Shown: positions 45,339-55,435 of the stretch, one piece after another
Position numbering within the stretch: position 1 is the stretch's first letter
How the letters are laid out: each line of letters starts with the position of its first letter
Assembly: GCA_051872635.1 (NCBI GenBank)
Contig: JBJEEA010000003.1
Location: 6,236-70,235, forward strand
Length of the DNA: 64,000 bases
DNA from: Bacilli bacterium
GTDB taxonomy: Bacteria > Bacillota_I > Bacilli_A > RF39 > UBA660
Direction: 5' to 3'
Notes under the pieces: generated by a model
The model's database searches: none
What the model was told of the DNA's origin: nothing
What the model saw: only the letters and a program-made list of their open reading frames with translations
Translations under genes and position numbers: made by a program

Positions 45339-46286
45339 ATGCTTGATAAGTATAAGGTTGGACAACCTATTGCTTATAACATTTTAAAAAATGCTATTTT
45401 GAATGATAAGCTTTCACATGCATATTTATTTGATTCTAATAATAATTCTGATTCTTTTGATATAGTCATGTCTTTTGTTAAGGAAATTGTTTGTAATGAT
45501 GAAAATGTTAATAGTGATGTTATTTGCAAAAGAATTGATGATGGTAATTATTTAGATGTTAAAGTTATAGATACAGATGGTATTTGGATAAAAAAAGATC
45601 AACTTATTTCTTTGCAAAGTGAGTTTAGTAAGAAGCCTATTGAAGGAAAAAGGAAAATATATATTATTAAATCTGCCGAGAAAATGAATCTTCAATCTTC
45701 TAATTCTATTTTGAAGTTTTTGGAGGAACCTGTTGATAATATTATTGCTATTTTAATTGTTAATAATATTAATCTACTTCTTCCTACTATTATATCTAGA
45801 TGTCAAGTTATTAAGCTTAATAGAAATAGTTTTTTTGATAGTTATTTAGAAAATTTTTCTAATTTAATTAAAGATTCTAAATATGATGTCTATTCAGACA
45901 ATGATAAAAATATTTTTATTAATAATGTTATTAATTTTATACTAAAATTTGAAGAAAATAAAATTGATACACTTATTTATACTAAAAAGTTATGGCATAA
46001 TAATTTTGATGATCGTGATATTTGTATTTTAGCTGCGGATGTTATGATTTATTTTTATTATGATGTTATTAAATATAAGTCTAAATTGAATATTGATTTT
46101 TTTGTGGACAAGCTCGATATTATTATTAAGGTTGCAAATTTAAATGATATTGAGTCCATAACTGAAAAATTGTTATGTTTAGATGATTTTAGAACAAATA
46201 TAAAGAGAAATTTGAATATTAACTTACTTGTTGATAGATTAATTATAGATATGTGTGGTGATTATAGTGAATACTGTTGGTGTTAA
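45339..46286 (+). CDS. holB: DNA polymerase III delta-prime subunit
   Basis: LSHAYLF, KIYIIKSAEKMN, SNSILKFLEEP, ISRCQVI. Confidence 0.8.
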   Translation: MLDKYKVGQPIAYNILKNAILNDKLSHAYLFDSNNNSDSFDIVMSFVKEIVCNDENVNSDVICKRIDDGNYLDVKVIDTDGIWIKKDQLISLQSEFSKKPIEGKRKIYIIKSAEKMNLQSSNSILKFLEEPVDNIIAILIVNNINLLLPTIISRCQVIKLNRNSFFDSYLENFSNLIKDSKYDVYSDNDKNIFINNVINFILKFEENKIDTLIYTKKLWHNNFDDRDICILAADVMIYFYYDVIKYKSKLNIDFFVDKLDIIIKVANLNDIESITEKLLCLDDFRTNIKRNLNINLLVDRLIIDMCGDYSEYCWC

Positions 46287-47043
46287 AATAAATGAAAACG
46301 GCAAAGTTTGCTATTTTAATGCAAATCATTTGCCTCTTAAAGTTAACTTAACTGTAATAGTGGAAACAGAGAAGGGTCCTCAATTTGCTAAAGTGGTAGA
46401 ACTTTTAGAAAAAGATGATATTTCTAATTCTCCTAAAGTTGTTAGAATTGCTACTAAAAAAGATTATATGCAGTATTTGAAAAATGTCAGTGATGCTGAA
46501 AAGGCTTTAATTAAATGTCGTGAACTTGCCTTAAAAAATAATCTTAATATGACTGTTATTGATGCTGTTTATAATTTTGATAAGAGTCAATTGGTTTTTA
46601 GATTTTTATCTGATGAAAGAGTTGATTTTAGGCAACTTGCTAAAGAACTTGGATCTAAGTTTAAGACAAGAATTGAACTTAGACAAATTGGTGTTAGGGA
46701 TAAGGCTAAAGAAATAGGGGGTATTGGTCCTTGTGGCAGATTTTTATGTTGTAATACTTTTCTTACTTCTTTTGATACTGTGTCTATTAATATGGCTAAA
46801 AATCAAGGTCTAGCTTTAAATCCTAATAAAATTAATGGCGTTTGTGGTAGGCTTTTGTGCTGTCTTAATTATGAAAATGAAGCATATGCTGTGGCAAAGA
46901 AAAATATTCCTGAAGTTGGAAAGAATATTACCATTAATGGTAGTGATGGTAAGGTTATATCTTCTGAACCTTTATTAGGTAAATATAAAGTTTTAGTAGA
47001 TGATGAAATAGTTGAAGTTGATGTGAATGATAGTAAAAAATAA
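46255..47043 (+). CDS. ricT: PSP1-domain protein RicT (YaaT)
   Basis: FRQLAKELGSKFKTRIELRQIGVRD and Cys cluster GPCGRFLCC...GVCGRLLCC; GTG start uncertain (46255/46258/46267). Confidence 0.85.
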   Translation: MVIIVNTVGVKINENGKVCYFNANHLPLKVNLTVIVETEKGPQFAKVVELLEKDDISNSPKVVRIATKKDYMQYLKNVSDAEKALIKCRELALKNNLNMTVIDAVYNFDKSQLVFRFLSDERVDFRQLAKELGSKFKTRIELRQIGVRDKAKEIGGIGPCGRFLCCNTFLTSFDTVSINMAKNQGLALNPNKINGVCGRLLCCLNYENEAYAVAKKNIPEVGKNITINGSDGKVISSEPLLGKYKVLVDDEIVEVDVNDSKK

Positions 47044-47749
47044 TCTTTTAAATTATAAAAATGCTTATATTTATCAAGATACTGATTATTTTAAGATGTC
47101 TCTTGATTCTATGCTTCTTGCTAATTTTGTGACGATTAATTTAAGTGATAAAAAGATTCTTGATATTGCTACTGGTAATGCTCCGATACCTATGCTTTTG
47201 ACATATAGAACTAATGCTAAAATATACGGAGTAGAAATTCAAAAAGAAATATTTGAATTGGGTAAATTATCTGTTAAAGAAAATAATATGGATAATCAGA
47301 TTGAACTTATTAATGATGATGCTAATAATTTAATTAATTCTTTTTCTAGTGATACTTTTGATGTTATTACTTGTAATCCGCCGTATTTTAAAACAAGCAA
47401 TGAAAAATTTGAAAATGAAAATAAAGTTAAATCTCTTGCTAGACATGAGAAAACTCTTAATTTAGAAGATGTTTTTATTATAAGTAGTAAGCTTCTTAAA
47501 AATAATGGAAGGCTATCTATGGTTCATAGGACTGAGAGATTTATCGAAATTATTTCTATAGCTAAAAAGTATAATTTTGAACTGAAAAAGGTTAGATTTG
47601 TTTACCCTAAAAAGAGTAAGAACAGTGATCTTGTTTTACTTTTATTTTCCCTTAATGGAAAACCAGGACTAAAGATGCTTTCACCATTATTTATTTATGA
47701 TGATAATGGTAATTATTCAGAAGAAGTTAGTAATATGTTTGGAGAGTGA
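47027..47749 (+). CDS. SAM-dependent N6-adenine methyltransferase (YabB/TrmN6-like)
   Basis: ILDIATGNA SAM motif and TCNPPYF catalytic motif; conserved position before rsmI. Confidence 0.75.
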   Translation: MIVKNNLLNYKNAYIYQDTDYFKMSLDSMLLANFVTINLSDKKILDIATGNAPIPMLLTYRTNAKIYGVEIQKEIFELGKLSVKENNMDNQIELINDDANNLINSFSSDTFDVITCNPPYFKTSNEKFENENKVKSLARHEKTLNLEDVFIISSKLLKNNGRLSMVHRTERFIEIISIAKKYNFELKKVRFVYPKKSKNSDLVLLLFSLNGKPGLKMLSPLFIYDDNGNYSEEVSNMFGE

Positions 47750-47753
47750 TAAT

Positions 47754-48596
47754 ATGGTACAAAATAGTTATGATGGTAGCGCTACTTTATATTTAGTACC
47801 TACTCCAATAGGTAATTTGGAAGATATTACTTATAGAGCAGTAAGAATATTAGAAGATGTGGATGTTATTTTTTCTGAAGATACAAGAGTAACTCTTAAT
47901 CTACTTAATAATTTAAACATTAAAAATAGGTTGATTTCTTTGCACGAGCATAATGAAGATATTGTAAAGAATAAAGTTCTTGAATATTTAAAAGATGGTA
48001 GATCAGTAGCTCTTGTAACTGATAGAGGTACTCCAATAATTAGTGATCCTGGGTATAAGACGGTAAGATATGTAAGTGAAAATGGTTTTAATGTTGTATC
48101 ACTTCCTGGTGCTACTGCTTTAATTCCTGCGGTTACAATGTCTGGTATTAAGTCGCAACCTTTTATATTTTATGGCTTTTTGGATAGTAAAGACAGTAAA
48201 AGGAGACATGAACTTGAAAATTTAAAAGATTTTGAATACACGATGATTTTTTATGAAGCACCTCATCGAATTATTAAAACGCTTAATTTAATGTTAGAAG
48301 TATTAGGGGATAGATATATTAGTATATCTAGGGAAATTACAAAGAAATTTGAGACGATATATCGCGGAAAGATAAGTGAAATTATTCCTAATATTCCGGA
48401 TAAAGGAGAATTTGTAATTGTTGTGTCTGGTATTGAAAATAGAGAAATTGATAATACTTTGACAGTAAGAGAAGCAGTTAATTTATATATTAAAGCTGGT
48501 TTTGATGTCATGACTTCAATTAAGAAAGTAGCAAAAGATAGAGGAACAGCTAAAGGTGAAATATATAAACTATATCATCAGGAGGATAAAGAATGA
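47754..48596 (+). CDS. rsmI: 16S rRNA (cytidine1402-2'-O)-methyltransferase
   Basis: LYLVPTPIGNLEDIT, FSEDTR, ISDPG, FYEAPHR; GGAGAG SD before ATG 47754. Confidence 0.9.
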   Translation: MVQNSYDGSATLYLVPTPIGNLEDITYRAVRILEDVDVIFSEDTRVTLNLLNNLNIKNRLISLHEHNEDIVKNKVLEYLKDGRSVALVTDRGTPIISDPGYKTVRYVSENGFNVVSLPGATALIPAVTMSGIKSQPFIFYGFLDSKDSKRRHELENLKDFEYTMIFYEAPHRIIKTLNLMLEVLGDRYISISREITKKFETIYRGKISEIIPNIPDKGEFVIVVSGIENREIDNTLTVREAVNLYIKAGFDVMTSIKKVAKDRGTAKGEIYKLYHQEDKE

Positions 48597-49165
48597 AATT
48601 AATTATTGGACTTGGTAATCCAGGAAATGAATATATAAATACTAGACATAATATAGGTTTTGGACTATTAGATTTTATAGCACATAAAAATAATTTTGAA
48701 TTTAAAATTGATAAAAAGTTTAATGCCTCTTCTTGTTATTTAAGTATTAGAGGCGAAAAGGTTATTTTAGTTAAACCATTGTCATTTATGAATTTATCTG
48801 GTAATGTTGTTAGTAAATATGCTAATTTTTATGATGTTAATTCTAGGGATATTCTTGTTATTCAAGATGATTTGGATATGACCTTTGGCAAAGTTAGAAT
48901 ACTATATGGTAGTTCTAGTGGAGGACATAACGGTATTAAGAGTATTATTGATGGTATTGGGACTAAGGAGTTTGTTAGACTTAAGATTGGTATATCTAAT
49001 AATAAGTTAATTAATACTAAAGATTATGTTCTTGGTAAATTTAATAAAGAAGAAATAGAAAAAATTGATGATATATATTTAAAACTAGAGAATATAATTA
49101 ATGATTTTGTTTTATTAGATGTGGATAAATTAAAACAAAAGTATAATAATATTAATAATAGTTAG
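48593..49165 (+). CDS. pth: Peptidyl-tRNA hydrolase
   Basis: MKLIIGLGNPGNEYINTRHNIGF, GGHNGIKSI. Confidence 0.93.
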   Translation: MKLIIGLGNPGNEYINTRHNIGFGLLDFIAHKNNFEFKIDKKFNASSCYLSIRGEKVILVKPLSFMNLSGNVVSKYANFYDVNSRDILVIQDDLDMTFGKVRILYGSSSGGHNGIKSIIDGIGTKEFVRLKIGISNNKLINTKDYVLGKFNKEEIEKIDDIYLKLENIINDFVLLDVDKLKQKYNNINNS

Positions 49166-49219
49166 ATACATATGTAGGAATATGTATCTTTTAGCGTTGA
49201 TAGGAAGGAGGAATATAAT

Positions 49220-52200
49220 ATGGATTTTTTTGATGAATTATTACATGTTGATAATGGGTCTAATTATTCAGTAAGTGGTTTGAATAAAGAGCTTAATTCT
49301 ATATATATTTATGAATATTTTATAAAAAATTCAAAGAATCTTTTAGTTGTTATTAATTCTTTATATGAAGCTAATGATGTTTATAATAGAATTAGTAATT
49401 ATACTGATAGAGTTCTTTTCTTTCCTATGGATGATTTTATTGCGAGTGAAGCTACTGCTATTAGTCCTGAATTTATGATTGAAAGACTTAATACGCTTAA
49501 TAAACTTATTTCGGGTGGAAATTATATAGTTATTACTAATTTAATGGGTATACTTAGATATTTACCTAGTAAAGTGCTTTATAAGGATAAAATAATTAAT
49601 TTAAAATGTAATAGTGATATTGATAGAGATGATTTTATTTCTTCTTTATATGATCTTGGCTATGAGAAAGTACCTATTGTTACTAGAACCGGTGAAATGG
49701 CTGTTAGAGGATATGTTATAGATGTTTTTCCAATATGTTTTGATAATCCAGTTAGAATTGAATTTTGGGGAGATACGATAGATAGTATTAAATATTTTGA
49801 TTTGGAAAGTCAGATTTCTAGTAATAGTATAAGTGATATTTATATTTATCCTTTTACAGAATTTTTAATAAGAGATAAAAATGGGATAGATGATAAATAT
49901 AAAAAACAGAAATATTTACTTAATTATTCTAGAGAAGCATCAGGATTATGGAATTATATTGATAATGGCACTATTATGTATTACGATTATAATCAGATTG
50001 TTACTAGTTATAGACTACTTAGAGAGACTATATTTAGTTATGACAGTGAAGTAAGAGATAGTATTAAGACTAATTATATGTGGGATATTAAAGATATTAC
50101 TATAAAAGATGATATTTATATCATGGAAATTGATAATTTATTAAATATTAAGCTTAGAAAAAATTATAATTATGTATCTTTCAATATTGATAATTATGGT
50201 GGTAATTTTGAAAAAATTAAGACTGATTTAGATAAGTATCTTTTAAAGGGAAAGACTGTTATTTTTTGTATTGACAATAAGTTTGTAGTTAAGAGAGTTA
50301 TAAGTTATTTAGAGATACTTGATGATGTTATTATTACTGATGAAAAGAATATTATTAAGGGAAAAATTAATATTATTAATAAGTATATTATAAGTGGTTT
50401 TATATATGAAGATTATGTAGTGATATCTTCAAATGATATGTTTGGAAAAATTGAAGATAAGAAAAAGGTAAAAAATAAATACAAAGTTGGTACTAGGATT
50501 AGTAATATTAATAATCTTGAAAAAGGTGATTATGTTGTTCATATTGATCATGGTATAGGTCAATATGATGAAATTGCTACTCTTACTAAAAATGGTCTTA
50601 AGAAGGATTATATTAAACTTATTTATGCTGATGGCGATGTACTTTATTTACCTGTAGAAAAGATTGATAAGATAAGTAAATTTTCGGGTAATGAAGGTGC
50701 TTTTGTTCGACTTGATAAACTTGGCAGTGATAATTGGGCTAAGAAAAAAGCTAGAGTTAGAAAAAGACTTGAATCGATAGCAGGTGATTTAATTAAAGTT
50801 TCGGCAGAAAGAGAGGCTACTAAGGGATATGCTTTTAGTGCTGATGATGAGAATCAATTATTATTTGAAAGTAAATTTAAATATGAGGCAACTTCAGATC
50901 AACTTAGAGCTTCTGAAATGATAAAGAAGGAAATGGAAAGAGATAAGCCAATGGACATGCTTTTGTGTGGAGATGTTGGTTATGGTAAGACAGAAGTGGC
51001 TTTTAGAGCTATATTTAAAGCTGTTAATGATGGTAAGCAAGCCTGTTACTTATGCCCGACGACTATTTTATCTAGTCAGCAATATAATTCGGCGTTAGAG
51101 AGATTTGCTGATTTTCCTATTAATATAGCTCTTCTTAATAGATTTACTTCACAAAAGGATATAAAGAGTATTTTAGAGAGATTAAAAGAGGGAAAGATTG
51201 ATATTTTATTTGGAACACATAAATTACTTAATGATGCGGTAGAATTTAAAGATTTGGGATTACTAGTTATCGATGAGGAACAGCGATTTGGTGTTGTTCA
51301 TAAAGAAAAAATTAAAAAGTATAAGACAAGTGTCGATGTTCTTACTCTATCGGCAACACCTATTCCAAGAACACTTCAAATGTCGATGTCTGGGATTAGA
51401 GGACTGGCTTTAATAGAGACACCGCCAGAAAAGAGAAGACCGATTCAAACTTATGTTATGCCTGAGAATAAGAATATTATTAAAGACGCTATTTATAAAG
51501 AGTTATCAAGAGAAGGACAAGTATTTATGCTCTATAATAGCGTTGAAAGACTAGATAGTAAATTAGATGAAATACAAAGACTAGTGCCAGAAGCTAGTAT
51601 CAGATATGCTCATGGTAGGATGAGTAAGATAGAACTTGAAAACATTATGAATGATTTTAATAATCATGAATTTGATATACTACTTTGCACGACGATTATT
51701 GAAACTGGTATTGATATTCCTAATGTTAATACATTAATTATTATTGATGCCGATCATTTTGGCTTATCACAACTTTATCAAATTAGGGGTAGAATTGGTC
51801 GAAGTGATAGAATTGGCTATGCATATCTTATGTATAATAATAAGAAAGAACTTACTGATTTAGCTGTTAAAAGACTTAATACTATTAAGGAATTTACAGA
51901 ACTTGGAAGTGGATTTAAGATTGCTATGAGAGATTTGTCTATTCGTGGTGCCGGAGATATATTAGGTAGTGAACAATCTGGATTTATTGATACTATTGGT
52001 ATTGATTTATATTTGAAGATGCTTAAAGAAGAAGTGGATAAGTTAAAAGGTATTAAAGTCGAAGAAGACAGGCCAGAGGATAATAAACCTTTAATCGAAG
52101 TTGAGACACATATATCTTCTGATTATGTTCCTGATGATGAGATTAAGATTGATATTCATAAGATGATTAATGATATTAATAGTTATGATGATATTAATAG

Positions 52201-52537
52201 GCTTAAGGAAACTCTTGAAAATAGATTTGGTAAGGTTACTGATGAAATGGTAATATATATGCATGAAGAATGGTTTGAAAAACAGGCTAAAAAACTTGGT
52301 GTTACAGATACTAAACAAAATAAAAACTTTGTTGAAGTTGTTTTACCAGTACTTACCTCAATGAAGATAGATGGGGATAAGTTATTCTTTACGGCTTATG
52401 ATATTTCGAAGTATTTTAGATTTTCTTATAAAGATAGACAAATCCATATTATGCTCGATACTGTTAAATTAGATAAGCATTTTATATATTATCTTAATGA
52501 GCTGTTTGAAAAGATTATGGAGATGGTAGGAGAATAG
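49220..52537 (+). CDS. mfd: Transcription-repair coupling factor
   Basis: CarD-like GDYVVHIDHGIGQY, helicase GDVGYGKTEVA, VIDEEQRFGV, TATPIPRT, QLYQIRGRIGRS. Confidence 0.95.
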   Translation: MDFFDELLHVDNGSNYSVSGLNKELNSIYIYEYFIKNSKNLLVVINSLYEANDVYNRISNYTDRVLFFPMDDFIASEATAISPEFMIERLNTLNKLISGGNYIVITNLMGILRYLPSKVLYKDKIINLKCNSDIDRDDFISSLYDLGYEKVPIVTRTGEMAVRGYVIDVFPICFDNPVRIEFWGDTIDSIKYFDLESQISSNSISDIYIYPFTEFLIRDKNGIDDKYKKQKYLLNYSREASGLWNYIDNGTIMYYDYNQIVTSYRLLRETIFSYDSEVRDSIKTNYMWDIKDITIKDDIYIMEIDNLLNIKLRKNYNYVSFNIDNYGGNFEKIKTDLDKYLLKGKTVIFCIDNKFVVKRVISYLEILDDVIITDEKNIIKGKINIINKYIISGFIYEDYVVISSNDMFGKIEDKKKVKNKYKVGTRISNINNLEKGDYVVHIDHGIGQYDEIATLTKNGLKKDYIKLIYADGDVLYLPVEKIDKISKFSGNEGAFVRLDKLGSDNWAKKKARVRKRLESIAGDLIKVSAEREATKGYAFSADDENQLLFESKFKYEATSDQLRASEMIKKEMERDKPMDMLLCGDVGYGKTEVAFRAIFKAVNDGKQACYLCPTTILSSQQYNSALERFADFPINIALLNRFTSQKDIKSILERLKEGKIDILFGTHKLLNDAVEFKDLGLLVIDEEQRFGVVHKEKIKKYKTSVDVLTLSATPIPRTLQMSMSGIRGLALIETPPEKRRPIQTYVMPENKNIIKDAIYKELSREGQVFMLYNSVERLDSKLDEIQRLVPEASIRYAHGRMSKIELENIMNDFNNHEFDILLCTTIIETGIDIPNVNTLIIIDADHFGLSQLYQIRGRIGRSDRIGYAYLMYNNKKELTDLAVKRLNTIKEFTELGSGFKIAMRDLSIRGAGDILGSEQSGFIDTIGIDLYLKMLKEEVDKLKGIKVEEDRPEDNKPLIEVETHISSDYVPDDEIKIDIHKMINDINSYDDINRLKETLENRFGKVTDEMVIYMHEEWFEKQAKKLGVTDTKQNKNFVEVVLPVLTSMKIDGDKLFFTAYDISKYFRFSYKDRQIHIMLDTVKLDKHFIYYLNELFEKIMEMVGE

Positions 52538-52794
52538 TTACTTTTTGATATTTTATTGATTATAATAATTTTTTAAAGAAATTATTTTGTGGGGAAAAAT
52601 GGGATTCTTATTTATGAAAACACGTAGGATTTAAACCTGTTAAGGTGTATGATAGGCCAGTAGTGGGAAAGATTAATTCTTTCTTAGATTATCAAGCTTC
52701 TGAAGATAGATATGAGGTGCGTGGGATTATGCCCTCTTCAAAAAATAAAACACTAGTTGGTGAAAGTGAAAAAGTTAAGAAAAGGGTTAGAAAA

Positions 52795-52826
52795 ATTGAA
52801 GATTAAATAGTGATCTTCAATTTTTT
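52795..52826 (+). terminator. Rho-independent terminator in the mfd downstream gap
   Basis: attgaagat taaatagtg atcttcaat then tttttt; overlaps the stop of a possible 25-codon ORF (52729..52806). Confidence 0.7.
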
Positions 52827-52937
52827 ACTTGTTAACTATGTGTTTATATTATAGCATAGTTGTCGATTAATTTTTATTATGTAGAATATTTTCTCTTTTT
52901 TTATTTAATATATGATATTTTTTGTATGGTGGATGTT

Positions 52938-53510
52938 ATGAAGTTTAGAAGTTTTTTAATATTATTTTTGTCATTGCTATTGTTTCCTAGTGTGGTTTTG
53001 GCTACTAAAGGGTGTTGCTCCAGTCATGGTGGAGTAGCGGGATGTAGTTCTTCTGGAAAGCAGATATGTAATGATGGTACATTGAGTCCTAGTTGTACTT
53101 GTACGCCAACAGTAACTTATGTTTATGGTTGTACTGATAAAGATGCTAAGAATTACAATAGTTCTGTAAATAAAGATGATGGAAGTTGTACATATTATAA
53201 ATATGGTTGTACCGATGTAGAAGCATCTAATTATGATGAAAGTGCTGAAAGAGATGATGGAAGTTGCACATACTATAAATATGGATGTACAGATTCTAAA
53301 GCATTAAATTATGATATAGAAGCAAATGAAGATGATGGAAGTTGTAAGTATGTAACTGCAACTTTTGATGAAGAAAAGTTAGATGATAAAGAGATTATTG
53401 GCGACAATGGTGATAATGATGATTCTAGTGGAGGTACATTTTTAGGTTTATTGGTGCTTGGCACTAGTGGTTACGGAGTGTATAAATTAGTTAAGAATAT
53501 AAAAAATTAA
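52938..53510 (+). CDS. Secreted Cys-rich repeat protein with C-terminal membrane anchor
   Basis: Signal peptide MKFRSFLILFLSLLLFPSVVLA, GCCSSHGGVAGC module, three repeats GCTD..A.NY....(N/E).DDGSC.Y, acidic linker, C-terminal TM GGTFLGLLVLGTSGYGVY; start chosen at ATG 52938. Confidence 0.6.
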   Translation: MKFRSFLILFLSLLLFPSVVLATKGCCSSHGGVAGCSSSGKQICNDGTLSPSCTCTPTVTYVYGCTDKDAKNYNSSVNKDDGSCTYYKYGCTDVEASNYDESAERDDGSCTYYKYGCTDSKALNYDIEANEDDGSCKYVTATFDEEKLDDKEIIGDNGDNDDSSGGTFLGLLVLGTSGYGVYKLVKNIKN

Positions 53511-53511
53511 G

Positions 53512-53542
53512 TTAAAGATTAGAAAAGTCTTTAATTTTTTTC
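53512..53542 (+). terminator. Rho-independent terminator
   Basis: ttaaaga...tctttaa stem then T7. Confidence 0.6.
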
Positions 53543-53601
53543 TTTACTGTATAAATATTTAGTTATTAGGTAAAATATTAAAGAGAAAGTATGGTGACTA
53601 A

Positions 53602-54132
53602 ATGAAAACAACAGGAGTTATTAGAAGAATAGATGAACTTGGTAGAATTGTTATACCTAAAGAGATTAGAAAAAACTTGAGAATTAAAAATGGGGAAAGT
53701 TTAGAAATATTTGTAGAGGGAGACAGTGTAATACTTAAAAAGTTTTCACAGATTGAGAGTTTAGAGAACGTTTCTGTTAATTATGTTGAAGCTTTTAATC
53801 AGATTATTAAGCATAATATTATTGTAACTGATAGAGATAAAGTAGTAGCTGTAGCTGGGCCTTTAAAGAAGAAATACTTAGGTAAAGAGATTAATGACTT
53901 TACTGAGAGATCTATTGAGAGGAGAGATTCTTTTTCGGAAAAACAAAAGAAACAATTTAGTATTGTTAAAGAAGAAGAAGAAAATGGGTATTATACTTTT
54001 GCTTCAATAGTTAATAATGGCGATGCAATAGGTTCTGTTATTCTTATATCTACGGATGTACCTATTACGGATGTTGAAGATAAAATGTGTATTATTTTAT
54101 CTAAGTTACTTAGTAATAGTTTACCAGAATAA
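53602..54132 (+). CDS. spoVT: Stage V sporulation protein T (AbrB-type swapped-hairpin N-domain plus GAF-like C-domain)
   Basis: MKTTGVIRRIDELGRIVIPKEIRKNLRIKNGESLEIF nearly matches B. subtilis SpoVT N-terminus; canonical position after mfd. Confidence 0.85.
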   Translation: MKTTGVIRRIDELGRIVIPKEIRKNLRIKNGESLEIFVEGDSVILKKFSQIESLENVSVNYVEAFNQIIKHNIIVTDRDKVVAVAGPLKKKYLGKEINDFTERSIERRDSFSEKQKKQFSIVKEEEENGYYTFASIVNNGDAIGSVILISTDVPITDVEDKMCIILSKLLSNSLPE

Positions 54133-54136
54133 AATG

Positions 54137-54161
54137 TCATAGATTATTTCTATGATTTTTT
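54137..54161 (+). terminator. Rho-independent terminator of spoVT
   Basis: tcataga ttattt tctatga then tttttt. Confidence 0.65.
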
Positions 54162-54241
54162 GATGTTAATTATTTCCTTATGCTATAAATAAATAATATA
54201 TTAAAAATGTAATATATTTTGTCTATATTATTTATTAAAAT

Positions 54242-54275
54242 AAAAAAATGATTTTAAATTATAAATCATTTTTTT
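54242..54275 (-). terminator. 13-bp-stem A/T-flanked hairpin, terminator for the minus-strand PH-domain gene (bidirectional)
   Basis: aaaaaaatgattt / aaatcattttttt. Confidence 0.6.
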
Positions 54276-54281
54276 CATATG

Positions 54282-54704
54282 CTATTTTATAGCTTCTGCC
54301 ATTTTTCTTGCTTGTTTTTCTATTCTTTCATCATCATATTTTTCAATTTGATTATTTAGTATATTTTTAAATTCGTTAGGTTTGTCTATATAATCAAAGT
54401 TAAATACTGTTGAAGCAGTTGTAATAGAAATAGTTCCATAATTGAACATTTTGCCAAATAATCCTTGTTTAACTTGAATGCCATTTATTTTGTTTAATGG
54501 ACTATCAAGTTCATTTGTGTTAATAAGACCTGTTTTACCATTTACTCTTTTGTTGGTAATAATTAACTTTGTAGTAAAAAATTTTATTAGATCTCTTATT
54601 AACCATATAAGTCCAATAAGTATGCACATAGCTAATATATCAACTATAATTCTAATGATTAATGTTGCTATTGATATTTTACCTTCTTTTACAATTTTTT
54701 CCAT
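54282..54704 (-). CDS. Membrane protein with bacterial PH (bPH_2, YdbS/YdbT-like) domain
   Basis: Two TM helices then ITNKRVNGKTGLINTNELDSPLNKINGIQVKQGLFGKMFNYGTISI; start set to MEKIVKEG. Confidence 0.6.
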   Translation of the reverse strand: MEKIVKEGKISIATLIIRIIVDILAMCILIGLIWLIRDLIKFFTTKLIITNKRVNGKTGLINTNELDSPLNKINGIQVKQGLFGKMFNYGTISITTASTVFNFDYIDKPNEFKNILNNQIEKYDDERIEKQARKMAEAIK

Positions 54705-54812
54705 AATAAAACTCCTTTCTTTATTCATTATATCATAAAATCTCCTGGCAGGCGACATATTTTTTTATTTTTTTGTGAAATAATAATATTTGTTAGGAGA
54801 TGATTTACATCT

Positions 54813-55070
54813 ATGGGAAGATATTCTAAGCATAATTTATCTATACAAGTGAGAAAAAATATTAGAAAGTATCGTATAATTAGGGGATATACTCTTCAAG
54901 AACTTGCAGATAGAGCAGACTTAACTCATGGATATGTTAGAGATTTAGAGTGCTTAACTATAGATAAGACTCCTACTTTAGAGGCTATTGGCAAGTTTGC
55001 TGATGCTTTGGAAATAGATATAAGACAACTTTTTGATGATGTTGAAATTAACTACGAACACAAAAAATAG
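54813..55070 (+). CDS. XRE-family HTH transcriptional regulator
   Basis: IRGYTLQELADRADLTHGYVRDLE Cro/C1 HTH. Confidence 0.7.
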   Translation: MGRYSKHNLSIQVRKNIRKYRIIRGYTLQELADRADLTHGYVRDLECLTIDKTPTLEAIGKFADALEIDIRQLFDDVEINYEHKK

Positions 55071-55165
55071 TAAAAATTACAAGAATATACTGGTAAAAGT
55101 ATGTGGAGAAATAACATAGTTATTTCGGAAAGTGTAGCGAATGAACAAAAAATCAACAAAAATTG

Positions 55166-55194
55166 TTGATAAAAATAAAAATATATGATAAAAT
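55166..55194 (+). promoter_or_regulatory. Promoter of the metG T-box leader
   Basis: TTGATA-17 nt-TAAAAT with TG extended -10; -35 overlaps the palindrome atcaaca-aaaat-tgttgat. Confidence 0.5.
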
Positions 55195-55199
55195 CTCTT

Positions 55200-55417
55200 T
55201 GTAAAGCGCTGAAGGAAAGAGTAATAGAAGAGTATTTTAAAGAGAGTCTATGATGGTGGAAAATAGATAGAGAAAAACTATTATAAATGGTTCTGGAGCA
55301 GTTATATCTAATAGGTATAAACGGTGGTTACGTTATAACTTAATGAGTGTATGTATTTATAAAATAAGGTGGTACCGCGGATATTTTGTTCGTCCTTTGG
55401 GCTAGCTTATTTTTTTA
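55200..55417 (+). promoter_or_regulatory. T-box riboswitch leader, probable Met specifier
   Basis: Stem I elements (gaaggaaagagta), two AUG triplets at 55250..55255 in the specifier region, conserved T-box AAGGTGGTACCGCG at 55366..55379, T-run at 55409..55416. Confidence 0.8.
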
Positions 55418-55435
55418 TTGGAGGAGATGATAATA

